Source: Camelus ferus
Lineage: Eukaryota
DNA length: 64,000 nucleotides
Direction of reading: 5' to 3'
Assembly: GCF_009834535.1 (NCBI RefSeq)
Contig: NC_045697.1
Location: 49,416,001 to 49,480,000 of the forward strand
Below the pieces are notes generated by a model. The model did not search any database, had not been told where the DNA came from, and saw only the letters and a program-made list of their open reading frames with translations. The position numbers and the translations under genes are program-made. Shown in pieces: positions 63,111 through 64,000 of this stretch; the first letter of the stretch is position 1, and each line of letters opens with the position of its first letter.

Positions 63111-64000
63111 TAACATTTTCTTTCTTTCAAATCTTACAGATGCTTTTGTTTAGTGAACTGAAAGAGAGACACAAAGAATAAAACACAGAATATTTAAAAT
63201 ACAAGTACACACAAAATATAATTATAAACAGAGAAAATATAAACTCATTCCCTCTCTCTCACACACACACACACAGTGCTAACACTCACCAGAACCCTGG
63301 TTCTTCTGTCTTGATAACCTTAGCATGACGATGTGACAACGGCTGTCTGGCGCCTATAGTGCCGAGCTGGTGAGGCAGCCGATGTGTGACAGGTAGGTAA
63401 GCCATGAGATGTGAGGCTCCTTTAAACCTTCTGACAGTACACCAGCAGGATCATCTAAGTGAGAGGAACCGGGTTCTGATTCAGACATTGACACATTGAC
63501 GCTTTGGAGGAGGCTCAATAGCGCTATCAGGACCCACTCTTGGAAGCCATTGCCTTTATCTGTCCTTAAAGGTTCATGCATCGATCAAACATTGACTTGA
63601 TGAAGGGTTATTCTTGAGAGTTAACCCTGCAGCACTCGCACCTGTTGAAAAACCTGCTACGTGTTTTTTCAAGCACCCAGATGAACAAACCCATTTCTTG
63701 CAAGTCTTCAACTTTTAACCAGTACTTTTAGTGTAGGTTAGGCTTAGATGCTCTATCCAATACTCCTCTTTTAACACACCCACCCACGTGTGCTACCAGT
63801 CATCCTAGTTGACTACTGCCTGCCACTGCTTACCTTCATATTTCCAACACTCCACACATACGGTAACTTTCTTCAAGGCAAGCTCTAGACCATCACTTAC
63901 AAAAAGAAAGACTTCTTCAAACTGTAAAATCCAGAGAATATTTTGGATCCCAGAATATTTGCAAAAATCATAGATACATGTACGATGGGAACAAGGCTAG

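Overview
Mammalian genomic DNA, most likely a camelid (several short tRNA-derived SINEs of the Vic-1 type, plus artiodactyl-style L1 3' ends). The main gene is an intact PPEF2 on the + strand: a probable non-coding exon 1 and 16 coding exons from 6373 to 36305. The CDS splices to 2250 nt (749 aa) and includes one GC-AG intron. A decayed gammaretrovirus-like ERV (- strand; LTR, Arg-type PBS, gag-pro-pol, no env or 3' LTR) fills intron 10, and a second ERV pol fragment occupies the first ~2 kb. The most interesting element lies downstream of PPEF2 and is mostly missed by the ORF track: a small multi-exon gene (~55.3-61.9 kb, +) with the architecture of the secretory calcium-binding phosphoprotein (SCPP) family. 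It has a TATA box, a non-coding exon 1, a signal-peptide exon 2, several tiny phase-0 exons and a Pro-rich last exon. It shows two apparent +1 frameshifts but also an exon-skipping path to an intact 90-aa secreted peptide. An NF-kB/AP-1/ETS/RUNX motif cluster lies ~9 kb upstream of it. The rest of the window is largely LINE, SINE, LTR and DNA-transposon sequence. Repeat family names and orthology come from recalled consensus sequences, not from database searches.
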